Positions 50,953 through 60,569 of a stretch of 64,000 nucleotides of DNA are shown here, one piece after another. The notes beneath the pieces are model-generated. The model was not told where the DNA came from. It did no database searches and worked only from the letters and a program-made list of their open reading frames with translations. Positions within the stretch are counted from its first letter, which is position 1. Each line of letters opens with the position of its first letter. Origin of the DNA: an uncultured cyanobacterium (GTDB lineage: Bacteria > Cyanobacteriota > Cyanobacteriia > Cyanobacteriales > CAWCAG01); NCBI GenBank assembly GCA_963793425.1, contig CAWCAG010000007.1:320001-384000 (forward strand). Reading direction: 5' to 3'. Position numbers and translations under genes: made by a program.

Positions 50953-52062
50953 ATGGAAGTTAAAGCAGCCTTAGCTTTTGAAGCAGGTCAACCACTGAGT
51001 ATTGAAAAAGTTCAATTGGCAGGGCCTCAAGAAGGGGAAGTATTAGTAGAAATTAAAGCTACTGGAGTTTGCCATACAGATGCTTATACCTTATCAGGAG
51101 CAGATCCAGAAGGTTTATTTCCGGTAATTTTAGGTCATGAAGGGGCGGGGGTTGTCGTAGAAGTTGGAGCAAATGTAACTAGTCTTCAACCAGGAGATCA
51201 TGTTATTCCGCTTTATGTCCCTGAATGTCGTCAATGCGAATATTGTTTAAGCTTTAAAACTAATCTCTGTCAGGCGGTACGGGCTACCCAAGGAAGGGGG
51301 GTTATGCCTGATGGTACAAGTAGATTTTCTTTCAGGGGAGAGAAGATTCACCATTATATGGGAACTTCTACTTTTGCCAACTATACAGTTGTACCAGAAA
51401 TTTCTTTGGCAAAGATTCGTGAGGATGCCCCTTTTGAGAAGGTTTGTTACATTGGCTGCGGTGTGACTACTGGTATTGGTGCTGTAATTAATACAGCGAA
51501 GGTGGAACCGGGGGCTAAAGTGATTGTCTTTGGTTTAGGGGGGATTGGGCTGAATGTGATTCAGGGGGCCAAGTTAGTGGGGGCTGATGTAATTATCGGG
51601 GTGGATATTAATCCTGGGAAACGACCTTTGGCCGAGAAGTTTGGTATGACTCACTTTGTTAACCCGAAAGAAGTGAAAGGAGATTTAGTTCCCTATTTGG
51701 TTGATTTGACTAAAGGAGGTGCAGATTATACTTTTGAGTGCATTGGTAACGTGAAAGTGATGCGCCAAGCTTTAGAGGCTTGTCATAAGGGATGGGGGGT
51801 TTCTACTATTATTGGTGTGGCTGGGGCAGGAGAAGAAATTAGTACTCGTCCTTTTCAATTGGTAACAGGGAGAGTCTGGAAAGGAAGTGCTTTTGGCGGT
51901 GCTAGGGGGCGGACAGATGTACCGAAGATTGTTGATTGGTATATGGAAGGGAAAATTAATATTGATGACCTGATCACCCACGTTATGCCTTTAGAAGAAA
52001 TTAATCAGGCTTTTGATTTGATGCACAAAGGAGAGTCTATTCGCAGTGTGATTACTTTTTAG
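50953..52062 (+). CDS. frmA: S-(hydroxymethyl)glutathione dehydrogenase / class III alcohol dehydrogenase
   Basis: [23 protein letters not shown] and [19 protein letters not shown]. Confidence 0.96.
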   Translation: MEVKAALAFEAGQPLSIEKVQLAGPQEGEVLVEIKATGVCHTDAYTLSGADPEGLFPVILGHEGAGVVVEVGANVTSLQPGDHVIPLYVPECRQCEYCLSFKTNLCQAVRATQGRGVMPDGTSRFSFRGEKIHHYMGTSTFANYTVVPEISLAKIREDAPFEKVCYIGCGVTTGIGAVINTAKVEPGAKVIVFGLGGIGLNVIQGAKLVGADVIIGVDINPGKRPLAEKFGMTHFVNPKEVKGDLVPYLVDLTKGGADYTFECIGNVKVMRQALEACHKGWGVSTIIGVAGAGEEISTRPFQLVTGRVWKGSAFGGARGRTDVPKIVDWYMEGKINIDDLITHVMPLEEINQAFDLMHKGESIRSVITF

Positions 52063-52096
52063 TTATATTCCTTGGTACAGCTTGAGGCCATATATT

Positions 52097-53488
52097 ATGG
52101 ATTTAATCGACAGTTTGCGCCAAGTACCAATCTTCAAGACACTTACTAACGAACAGTTGAAGTGTCTTACTCAAGAAGGTCAAGAAATTAAGCTTCAACC
52201 AGGAGACAATATTGCTAAGCAAGGAGATCCTCCTGATGGTTTTTATATCATTTTAGCAGGTAAAACAGAGTGGACAAGAACTGTGGAAGGTCAAGAGGTT
52301 CATGCTGTGACTCTTCAAGCAGGGGAAGTTTTTGCTGAACTTATTCTTTTATTAGATGAACCTTATCCTACCAACGGGAAAGCTGTTACGGAGGTTTGTC
52401 TTTATAAACTAGATCCTGATGCTTTTTGGCAAATGTTAACTCTTTGCCCTTCGGTATTACGGGGTATTCTCAAAATATCTACCGAGCGATCGCAAATTCA
52501 TGAATCAGTAACTCAGCAGCAAGCCAAACTCATTTCCTTGGGTACATTATCTGCTGGTTTGGCCCATGAATTAAATAATCCGGCTGCGGCGATTGCTAGA
52601 GGTGTAAGTTGCTTAGAGGAAGTATTGCGACAGTTACCAACCTTAGCTTTAAAACTCCACGAACAACCTATAGGAAAAGAACAATTAACTTTTTTATCTA
52701 GCTTATATCAACAAACGACTGAAGCAGCAAAAAATGCACCTCAACTTGACCCTTTAGCCAAAAGTGAAGCAGAGGATGCTTTAACAGACTGGTTAGAAGA
52801 ACAAAACGTAGAAAAGAGTTGGCAATTAGCTCCTACATTAGTAAATGCAGGACTAGATACGGGAAAACTAGAAGAAGTTGCTACTAAAGTTAATCCAGAA
52901 TGCTTAGGCAAGATTTTAACTTGGTTGGAAGCAACCTTAAGTGGAATGTTTTTGTTGGAGGAGATTCAACAGAGTACAGAGAAAATATCTGAGTTAATTA
53001 AGGCCATGAAGGATTATTCCTATCGAGATCAAGCGCCTTTACAAAAAATAGATATTCACCAAGGAATTGAAACTACTTTGACTATTCTGAAGCACAAACT
53101 TAAATATGGTATGACCGTTAAACGAGAATATGGTGATTTACCGCCTATTTTCGCTTACGCCCCCCAATTAAATCAGGTGTGGACGAACTTAATTGATAAT
53201 GCTATTGATGCGACAGATGGTCAAGGAACTATTTGGATACGTACTAGCCTCGAAGGGGATCGCGTTTTAGTAGAAATTGCTGATAATGGCGCAGGTATAC
53301 CTTCAGACATTGAAGGGCGGGTTTTTGAACAATTTTTCACCACCAAAGAAGTTGGTAAGGGGACGGGTTTAGGTTTAGATATCGTCCGTCGCATCGTTGA
53401 AGGACAGCATAAAGGGAGCATTCGCGTTATCTCTCAGCCAGGGGATACTCGTTTTTTAGTCTACTTACCCATTGATCTATGCAAATAA
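52097..53488 (+). CDS. cNMP-like sensor domain histidine kinase
   Basis: [37 protein letters not shown] and GTGLGL. Confidence 0.9.
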   Translation: MDLIDSLRQVPIFKTLTNEQLKCLTQEGQEIKLQPGDNIAKQGDPPDGFYIILAGKTEWTRTVEGQEVHAVTLQAGEVFAELILLLDEPYPTNGKAVTEVCLYKLDPDAFWQMLTLCPSVLRGILKISTERSQIHESVTQQQAKLISLGTLSAGLAHELNNPAAAIARGVSCLEEVLRQLPTLALKLHEQPIGKEQLTFLSSLYQQTTEAAKNAPQLDPLAKSEAEDALTDWLEEQNVEKSWQLAPTLVNAGLDTGKLEEVATKVNPECLGKILTWLEATLSGMFLLEEIQQSTEKISELIKAMKDYSYRDQAPLQKIDIHQGIETTLTILKHKLKYGMTVKREYGDLPPIFAYAPQLNQVWTNLIDNAIDATDGQGTIWIRTSLEGDRVLVEIADNGAGIPSDIEGRVFEQFFTTKEVGKGTGLGLDIVRRIVEGQHKGSIRVISQPGDTRFLVYLPIDLCK

Positions 53489-53503
53489 CCAAATTAATTA
53501 CTA

Positions 53504-54841
53504 ATGAGCAATATCAGTGACTTTAGCTTCAAAAACCATACTATCTTGGTAGTAGATGATAATCCTACTAACCTGGGAGTAGTAGTGGATTTTCTGTATG
53601 AGTATGGTGTAGAAACTCTCACATCTCGTAGTGGTGAAAGTTGTATTGAGAGGGCTGAGTATGCTTGCCCAGATTTAATTTTGTTAGATGTGATGATGCC
53701 CCCAGGAATTGATGGTTTTGAAACTTGTTGTCGTTTAAAGGCAAATCCTCAAACCAAAGCTATTCCAGTAATTTTCATGACGGCCCTTTCTGGTACAGAA
53801 GACAAAGTTAAGGGTTTAGAAGTTGGGGGAGTAGATTACATTATTAAACCGATTCAGCCAGAAGAAGTTTTAGCCAGAATCAAAGTTCATCTGCAATTAA
53901 ATTCTTTGAATCAATCTCTTCAGTCACAAAATCAAACTATTAAACAACAAAACCTCTTGCTTCAAGAAGAAATTAAACAGCGTACAGAAGCAGAAGAAGC
54001 TTTAAACCAAACTTTGCAAAAGCTTCAAGCCGCCCAAAAGCAGCTTATCGCCCAAGAAAAACTAGCTTCTATCGCTACCCTAAGCGCTGGGATTGCCCAT
54101 GAATTGCGTAATCCTCTTAATTTTATTACCAACTACGCTGAAGGTTCAGAGGAATTGGCTCAAGAAGTACTTCTTCAACTACACAAACAGCCAACCCAAC
54201 TAGACCCTCAAGAGTGGCAAGACCTTAGCGAAACCATGCAAGACATTAAAGATAATGCTTCCTCTATTTGCCACCACGGTCAAAGAGCCGCTGACATTAT
54301 TAATAGTATGATGCAACATACTAAGACGGGGAACAATTTGTTTCAACCAACTGACCTCAATCGGCTTTTAGCTGAGGCGGTAGAATTTACTGAACGGGGT
54401 AATCGAGCATCTCAAAAAGGTTTCCGTGTTAAGTTCTCTACTAACTTAGGTCAATCTATTGGTCAAATTGAACTAATTCCTTCAGATATCAGCCGCGCTT
54501 TAATCAACTTACTTGATAATGCTTGTCATGGAACCCTAGCTAAATATCAAGATTGTCGAGATAGAAGCTTTGTCCCCGAAGTATCCGTGCAAACTTCTGA
54601 TCTTCAGGAAACTGTAGAAATTCGTATTCACGATAATGGCATCGGCATACCACCAGAAATAACTGCTAAAATTTTTGAGCCTTTTTTTACAACTAAAGCA
54701 AGCAGGGAGGGAACCGGGTTAGGATTAGCTATGGCCCATGATATTATCGTCAATCAACATAAAGGCAACTTGCAAGTAGAGACAAAAGCAAATATTTACA
54801 CTGAATTTATTGTTACCTTGCCTAAAAATATAAACTATTAA
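53504..54841 (+). CDS. Hybrid receiver-histidine kinase
   Basis: ILVVDD...LDVMMP...KP; AHELRNP; PFFTTK. Confidence 0.92.
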   Translation: MSNISDFSFKNHTILVVDDNPTNLGVVVDFLYEYGVETLTSRSGESCIERAEYACPDLILLDVMMPPGIDGFETCCRLKANPQTKAIPVIFMTALSGTEDKVKGLEVGGVDYIIKPIQPEEVLARIKVHLQLNSLNQSLQSQNQTIKQQNLLLQEEIKQRTEAEEALNQTLQKLQAAQKQLIAQEKLASIATLSAGIAHELRNPLNFITNYAEGSEELAQEVLLQLHKQPTQLDPQEWQDLSETMQDIKDNASSICHHGQRAADIINSMMQHTKTGNNLFQPTDLNRLLAEAVEFTERGNRASQKGFRVKFSTNLGQSIGQIELIPSDISRALINLLDNACHGTLAKYQDCRDRSFVPEVSVQTSDLQETVEIRIHDNGIGIPPEITAKIFEPFFTTKASREGTGLGLAMAHDIIVNQHKGNLQVETKANIYTEFIVTLPKNINY

Positions 54842-54902
54842 GTCTTAATTGTCAGGTTGACAAAAATGTATGTTTATGTTTTAGCTAAGGATAAGTGAAG
54901 GG

Positions 54903-54924
54903 AAGAGCAAATTAATTTGCTCTT
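54903..54924. promoter_or_regulatory. Perfect 22-bp palindrome (operator or terminator)
   Basis: AAGAGCAAATTAATTTGCTCTT. Confidence 0.4.
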
Positions 54925-55031
54925 TCAGTAGTTACTCAATAGTAAAAATTTCTGATTTAATCGGAAATCAGTCAAACTCCAGTGTAGATACCCATGCTTG
55001 GAGTAACAAGCACCGCTCACCGAGGAGTAAT

Positions 55032-55643
55032 ATGAAAGACCAACAGACAGATTACCAACTTCAAGAAGAAACCCTCAGTGGTCTGGAAAACTTGGAAAAG
55101 CAACTGCTAGATTATTTTCTAGAGCAGGAAAACCCTTATCCTTGGAATCCAGGAGAAGTTGAGACTGAAGCTTATTTTGAAGCAACCGAAGAGAATTTTT
55201 CTCTTGCAGGTTGGTCAACTACTGAGATTGAGGGACGGACAGAAACTCTCTTTCGTAGTCTCAATAGTTGCTGGCCTGCCCAATCGTCTTTTTCTTTTCA
55301 AGAAGTCTTAGATGCTAAATTTGGCAGTGTTGTACCCAGTTCTTGGTTAGAGGCGATCGCCCAAGAAGCGAAAAAAATGGTTGATAGTAATCTTTCTAAA
55401 ATGGAGAGATTAGTTGAGTCCATAAAGCCCCTATTACCGAATTGGACAGAAGAAGACTTACAAGTGTTCGCTCGTCCTCTAGTTTATGCTATGCGTAGCA
55501 GCCAAAAAAACAAAGCTGATACTGTCCTTAGCAAGCTAGAAAAAACTAATTGGGAAGATATTTCCCCAGTGGAAAAGGCCCGGTTAAGTTTAGCGATCGC
55601 CCAATATGCCTTTACTCAAGTTGATGCCCATAAACAAGGCTAG
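55032..55643 (+). CDS. Conserved hypothetical protein resembling the central region of PatU
   Basis: GAGGAG SD; YPWNP, EDLQVFARPLVYAMR and ARLSLAIA. Confidence 0.8.
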   Translation: MKDQQTDYQLQEETLSGLENLEKQLLDYFLEQENPYPWNPGEVETEAYFEATEENFSLAGWSTTEIEGRTETLFRSLNSCWPAQSSFSFQEVLDAKFGSVVPSSWLEAIAQEAKKMVDSNLSKMERLVESIKPLLPNWTEEDLQVFARPLVYAMRSSQKNKADTVLSKLEKTNWEDISPVEKARLSLAIAQYAFTQVDAHKQG

Positions 55644-55685
55644 CTTATCAATGATGCCTAACGGCAACGGCAAGCCGAACATTAA

Positions 55686-57341
55686 TTACCCTCTCGCAAT
55701 TGGCATTCGCCAACCAGTGCCAAAAGCACGGTCAGCAATTTTGATTCCTGGAGGGGCTTGTCGGCGTTTAAATTCGGCGCGGGTAACTAGTTTGATTACT
55801 TTATGCACCACTTGTGCTTCATAGCCAGCAGCAATGATTTCTTGCGAAGATTGATGGTTATTAATAAAACGGTGCAGGATATCATCAAGGATTTCGTAGG
55901 GAGGTAAGGAATCTTGGTCTACTTGATCAGGTTTTAGTTCTGCGCTAGGGGGTTTAGTGATGATGTGGTTAGGAATGACTTCCTGATGGCGGTTTAGCCA
56001 GTGACAAAGGGCGAAAACTTTAGTTTTGGGGACATCTGCTATTACCGCTAAACCACCGTTCATATCACCGTAGAGGGTGCAATAACCGACAGCCATTTCT
56101 GATTTGTTGCCTGTGGAGAGGAGGAGGTAACCAAATTTGTTGGCGATCGCCATTAATAAGTTACCACGAATGCGAGATTGAATATTTTCTTCGGCAACCC
56201 CAAAAGAAGTGCCAGCAAAGAGGTCTGCGAGAATTTCATCGTAGGCAGTCATGGCTTCTTTGATGGGCAACTGTTGACTTTTGATACCTAAGTTAGTTAC
56301 TAAATGTTCCGCATCTTGAATAGAATGGTCGGAACTATAAGGAGAAGGCATCAAAACTCCGAGGACATTCTCTTTGCCTAAAGCTGCTGCTGCGATCGCT
56401 GCAACCACAGCAGAGTCAATGCCACCACTTAAACCCAAGACTGTTTGAGAAAAGCCACATTTATGGGCATAGTCTTTTACTCCCCGCACCAATGCAGCCC
56501 AAATTTCTGCTTCTTCGCATTCTGGCACAGGAGTAATTTTTCCTGGGATTAAGTCTTGCTTTTCTTCATCAAACTCCAATACCAATAAATCACTTTCAAA
56601 AGCAGCGCCCCGACTAACTACTTTGCCGCTGCGGTTAAAAGCCACACTATTACCGTCAAAAAGTAGGTCGTCATTACCTCCAACTTGGTTAGCATAAAGG
56701 ATAGGTTGTTGATATTGCTTTGCACTGTGACTTAACATGGCTTCCCTTAATTTCTGTTTACCAACGGTGTAAGGAGAAGCAGAAAGGTTAACGAGAAAAT
56801 CTACACCGGATTTAGCTAAGTCTTCAATAGGATTAGTTTCATAGTTGCGTTTGCCCCAAAAGTCAGGATCATTCCAAAGGTCTTCGCAAATTGTGACACC
56901 AATTTTAAGCTTGTTAATCGTAAAAATATTTGCTTGTTTTCCGGGTTCAAAATAACGTTCTTCATCAAAAACATCATAGGTAGGTAAAAGACGTTTATGA
57001 AAGATATGTTTGACCTGACCTTCTGTTAACAAAGCTGTGCTATTAAAAAGAGGTTTTTCGCCTTTTATTTCTGCATCCACATTAATAGCAACAGTTCCTA
57101 CCAAAACAGCTATTCCTTGTGGTAAATGCTGGGCCAATGATTTTAAATGAGTTGCCATTTCTACCACAAAGCTGCTGATTAATAGCAAGTCTCTAGGAGG
57201 ATAACCACAAAGGGAAAGTTCCGGAGTTAAAAGTAGTTCAACACCAACTTTGGCAGATTCTTGGGCAGCAGTAAGAATTTTTTGCCTATTACCTGAAAGG
57301 TCACCAATGAGAGGGTTTATTTGGGCGATCGCTATTTTCAT
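55686..57341 (-). CDS. nadE: Glutamine-dependent NAD+ synthetase
   Basis: Nitrilase domain (PELSLCGYPP, ICEDLW); GLSGGIDS, STGNKSE, PPSAEL and EFKRRQ. Confidence 0.96.
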   Translation of the reverse strand: MKIAIAQINPLIGDLSGNRQKILTAAQESAKVGVELLLTPELSLCGYPPRDLLLISSFVVEMATHLKSLAQHLPQGIAVLVGTVAINVDAEIKGEKPLFNSTALLTEGQVKHIFHKRLLPTYDVFDEERYFEPGKQANIFTINKLKIGVTICEDLWNDPDFWGKRNYETNPIEDLAKSGVDFLVNLSASPYTVGKQKLREAMLSHSAKQYQQPILYANQVGGNDDLLFDGNSVAFNRSGKVVSRGAAFESDLLVLEFDEEKQDLIPGKITPVPECEEAEIWAALVRGVKDYAHKCGFSQTVLGLSGGIDSAVVAAIAAAALGKENVLGVLMPSPYSSDHSIQDAEHLVTNLGIKSQQLPIKEAMTAYDEILADLFAGTSFGVAEENIQSRIRGNLLMAIANKFGYLLLSTGNKSEMAVGYCTLYGDMNGGLAVIADVPKTKVFALCHWLNRHQEVIPNHIITKPPSAELKPDQVDQDSLPPYEILDDILHRFINNHQSSQEIIAAGYEAQVVHKVIKLVTRAEFKRRQAPPGIKIADRAFGTGWRMPIARG

Positions 57342-57423
57342 ATCGTTACTTGAGGAACAATTCTTCTAGTATAATTTTTTTAAACTTATAGTCAGTTATT
57401 ATTTGGTTTCACCATCTTAATCT

Positions 57424-57672
57424 ATGCCAGCTAGAGACTTATATCGCGACACAGTAATAACTGCCCTCGAAAAAGATGGTTGGAAAATTACCGATGATCC
57501 ACTAAGGTTAAAAGTTGGTCGTCGTGCGGTTATGGTTGATTTAGGAGAAAGAAAATTACTAGCTGCTGAACGAGGAGAACAGAAAATAGCTGTTGAGATT
57601 AAAAGTTTCCTTAGTCCCTCTGCTAAAGAGATTTTAAAATGGATTCCTTCAATCAATACGGTGATGTCATAG
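57424..57672 (+). pseudogene. xisH: XisH-family gene with an in-frame internal deletion
   Basis: MPARDLY...ALEKDGWKITDDPL...KIAVEIKSFLSPS joins directly to the terminal KEILKWIP; the central ALGQ..Y segment is absent. Confidence 0.8.
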
Positions 57673-57807
57673 AACCTATTTTGCAAGAATATGCTAATAT
57701 CCCTTACCGCTATGGAGATGTAAATACCTTCGTTGTTGTCAGCCGCGATTACAACCACTTTTTGCTGATGGATGAAGGTTGGCAAGATGGCTTACGAATG
57801 TATGGTG
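57639..57807 (+). pseudogene. xisI: XisI-family gene, 3'-truncated
   Basis: Y...IE.ILQEYA...D.NHFLLM.EGW..G.R.YG, then similarity ends at the IS fragment. Confidence 0.8.
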
Positions 57808-58108
57808 TACCAGTAAAGCAGTACAGAAGAAATGGGCTACATGGGAGTCTGAGGGACTCTACATCTTCTTCTTGCCCAAATATTGCTCTGAGATGAATCC
57901 TATTGAAGGTGAGTGGCATCAGCTTAAGGCTCATGAGATTGCAGGGCAAATGTTTGACGACGAGCTAGACTTGGCTTATGCCATCATCGATGGGGTCGAA
58001 GCCAGAGCAAAAGCTGGAGAATATCAGACTGAGCGCTACAAATTTCCTTCCCATCTACACCCTTCATCTTGTGTTACATAGTTTCGTTTTTCATACCAAA
58101 CCTACTTA
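57808..58108 (+). mobile_element. IS630-family transposase 3' fragment with probable right end
   Basis: FFLPKYCSEMNPIEGEWHQLK (DDE_3 C-terminal motif); element appears to end ...CCTACTTA (TA target). Confidence 0.82.
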
Positions 58109-58112
58109 GCAA

Positions 58113-58229
58113 TCAAATAAATTTCGTGTCGCGAGATTGTGCAGGCGTTCCTTTTAAGGAGCGCTGTGCCAATGCTAACAGCAAGTAAACTGTTAGTAAG
58201 TAACCGGATGCAACAATTAGAATCATCAC
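58113..58229 (-). CDS. Small single-TM protein missing from the ORF track, 37-38 aa: (M)MILIVASGYLLTVYLLLALAQRSLKGTPAQSRDTKFI
   Basis: GGAG 9 nt before GTG-ATG; hydrophobic helix followed by basic residues. Confidence 0.6.
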   Translation of the reverse strand: MMILIVASGYLLTVYLLLALAQRSLKGTPAQSRDTKFI

Positions 58230-58383
58230 TTAATATATCTCCATAACTCATAAGGGGGGCATTTCAACTAAGACAAAATAAGGTAATTATTTACCGGAGA
58301 TCAGCTCAAATTTAGGTACAACAGCTCTGTCCTGAAAGTATTACTGCTTGCAGGTAACTAAAAAGGTATATAATCTTTGAGCT

Positions 58384-58424
58384 TTAATATCTGCTACTGC
58401 TATTACTGAGCTAGCAGATATTAA
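58384..58424. other. 13-bp inverted repeat in the long intergenic region
   Basis: TTAATATCTGCTA/TAGCAGATATTAA. Confidence 0.55.
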
Positions 58425-58965
58425 GAGTTTTGATATTAATTAATCTAGAACTGACTAAGAAACAATATTTGATTTGTTGCAGTTGCCAATTAAGCTTAAG
58501 GTGTAGAAAAACAACAGCTACTCACTAACAAGAGGATTCGCAGCAACCTACTCCTTTAGCACAACCAATATCATTCTTAGTTTATCTATGAAGTATTTTC
58601 ATCATGAGTTTATAGATGCACTTTGGTTAGGTCTTACAATCTGAGAAAAACCATTCTAGGAATTCTTAGAGGTGGGAAACATAACTTCAAGTTGATTTAG
58701 ATTTCTTCTGCCAGGTAAAAATACTGACCGTTTTCTTGCTAAATCCTTAATCTACAAACCAACAAAACCCTTACTATTAGACTAACACAACATTGCTTAC
58801 TATTAAAGGGTTTTTGCCAATTAAATTAATAGATCCATACAATTACTTATGAGATGTTCAGTCCTCTATTTCTAGATCAAGGCTTCCATCTCAGGAAACC
58901 ATGGCTTAGAATAAATTAAAGGATATGTAAACTTTCGTAAATACTGCGCCCAATTTGGCTAACCC

Positions 58966-59937
58966 ATGACCTCAGTTACCTCTCTTTTTGCCCCTGTTGA
59001 TGCAGACCTGTGTATCCTGACAGAGAACCTTAAAAAACTAGTGGGTGCAAGACACCCCATTCTTTACGCCGCAGCAGAACATTTATTTGGGGCGGGAGGA
59101 AAACGAGTCAGACCAGCAATTGTTTTGTTGGTATCGCGAGCTACCCTATTAGAGCGCGAACTCACCCAACGTCACCGACGATTGGCTGAAATCACCGAAA
59201 TGATCCACACAGCCAGTCTAGTCCACGACGATGTAGTAGACAGAGCAGATATTCGTCGCAGTGTTCCTACGGTTAACAGTGTATTTGATAACCGCATTGC
59301 GGTTTTGGCTGGAGATTTCTTATTTGCCCAATCTTCATGGTACTTAGCTAACTTAGATAACCTAGCCGTAGTCAAACTACTCTCAGAAGTAATTAAAAAC
59401 TTTGCTGAAGGGGAAATTCAACAAGGTTTGAGTCGCTTTGATATCAGCTTATCCTTAGAAGCTTATTTGGAAAAAAGCTATTACAAAACTGCTTCTTTAA
59501 TTGCTAACAGCGCTAAAGCTGCTGGACTTTTAAGCGGGGTATCTGAAGAAATGGCTGGCAATATATATAACTACGGAAGGCATTTTGGTTTAGCCTTCCA
59601 AATAGTTGATGATATCTTAGACTTTACGGCCTCAACTGAAGTGCTAGGTAAACCAGCCGGTTCTGATTTAATTAGTGGCAATATCACCGCTCCAGTATTG
59701 TATGCTCTAGAAGAGAAGCCTCACTTAGAAGTTCTCATTGAGCGAGAATTTGGTCAGGAAGGAGATTTAGAGCAGGCTCTTTCTCTAGTTAATGAAAGTC
59801 AGGGTATTGAACGCTCTCGCGACCTAGCTGTTCAGCACGCACATTCAGCAGTGCAGTCTATATCTACCCTTAAGCCTTCAGCATCCCGTGATACTCTAAT
59901 CGAATTAACGGATTATGTCACTAGTAGGATGTATTAA
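58966..59937 (+). CDS. sds: Solanesyl diphosphate synthase
   Basis: GGKRVRP, LVHDDVVD, KTASL and FQIVDDILD. Confidence 0.93.
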   Translation: MTSVTSLFAPVDADLCILTENLKKLVGARHPILYAAAEHLFGAGGKRVRPAIVLLVSRATLLERELTQRHRRLAEITEMIHTASLVHDDVVDRADIRRSVPTVNSVFDNRIAVLAGDFLFAQSSWYLANLDNLAVVKLLSEVIKNFAEGEIQQGLSRFDISLSLEAYLEKSYYKTASLIANSAKAAGLLSGVSEEMAGNIYNYGRHFGLAFQIVDDILDFTASTEVLGKPAGSDLISGNITAPVLYALEEKPHLEVLIEREFGQEGDLEQALSLVNESQGIERSRDLAVQHAHSAVQSISTLKPSASRDTLIELTDYVTSRMY

Positions 59938-59966
59938 GGGCGAAAATCAACTATTGATTTTCCCTG

Positions 59967-60443
59967 TTAGGCAATATCCGGTGGTAAATTATCAGGTTTT
60001 ACCCTGAATGCCTTCAACTGTACCTGTATTAGTTTTTGTAAGTCTAGACGGCGAACCTCAGTTCCAGTAGATAAATTACTTGGTGTTTCTACAAAAACCG
60101 TACTATCTACCTTTTCAAGAGCAAACATTTGGAACAAAATGTGAGTAACCGGTACTGGGGAAGCTATAACTTGAGGATCGCCAGTTCCTTGAAAACTAGC
60201 AGCATCTTTCAGGGTGGGAAAAGCATAAATAACGTTTTTTTCCAAAGATTGTTGAGCGCGATTACTCAAAGTAGTTAGCACCCAACCTCCATCTATAGTT
60301 TTGAGAACGTAATATTCTAAATGTTTGAGTTGATTAGCAAAAGCTTTAAGGATGGGAGAAATAGCCACTTCCATAACCTTGGGAGTTACACCATCGGCCG
60401 GGGCATTTTTGACTAAAAGGGCAATTTGTTGCTCTAACTCCAT
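59967..60443 (-). CDS. Conserved cyanobacterial hypothetical protein
   Basis: L..NAP.DGVTP, WVLTTLSNRAQ, IYAFPTLKDA and PPDIA. Confidence 0.8.
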   Translation of the reverse strand: MELEQQIALLVKNAPADGVTPKVMEVAISPILKAFANQLKHLEYYVLKTIDGGWVLTTLSNRAQQSLEKNVIYAFPTLKDAASFQGTGDPQVIASPVPVTHILFQMFALEKVDSTVFVETPSNLSTGTEVRRLDLQKLIQVQLKAFRVKPDNLPPDIA

Positions 60444-60494
60444 TGTTTTTCTCTTCCATTAGCTTATTGGGGACTAAATTTATTGTGAGCCTAA

Positions 60495-60518
60495 ACTAGG
60501 TTAAAAGGTTAACCTAGT
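60495..60518. promoter_or_regulatory. Palindrome in the divergent promoter region of hetZ
   Basis: ACTAGGTTAA-AAGG-TTAACCTAGT. Confidence 0.5.
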
Positions 60519-60569
60519 GTGCTAGTGTCGTTGTTGAACATTAATCCTTAGAGGGAAATCTGCCAGCGC

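Noticed and set aside
60535..60563. ECF-like promoter TGAACA-N17-ATCTGC that would give a leaderless hetZ mRNA
   Set aside because: Weak match at both elements and no independent support.
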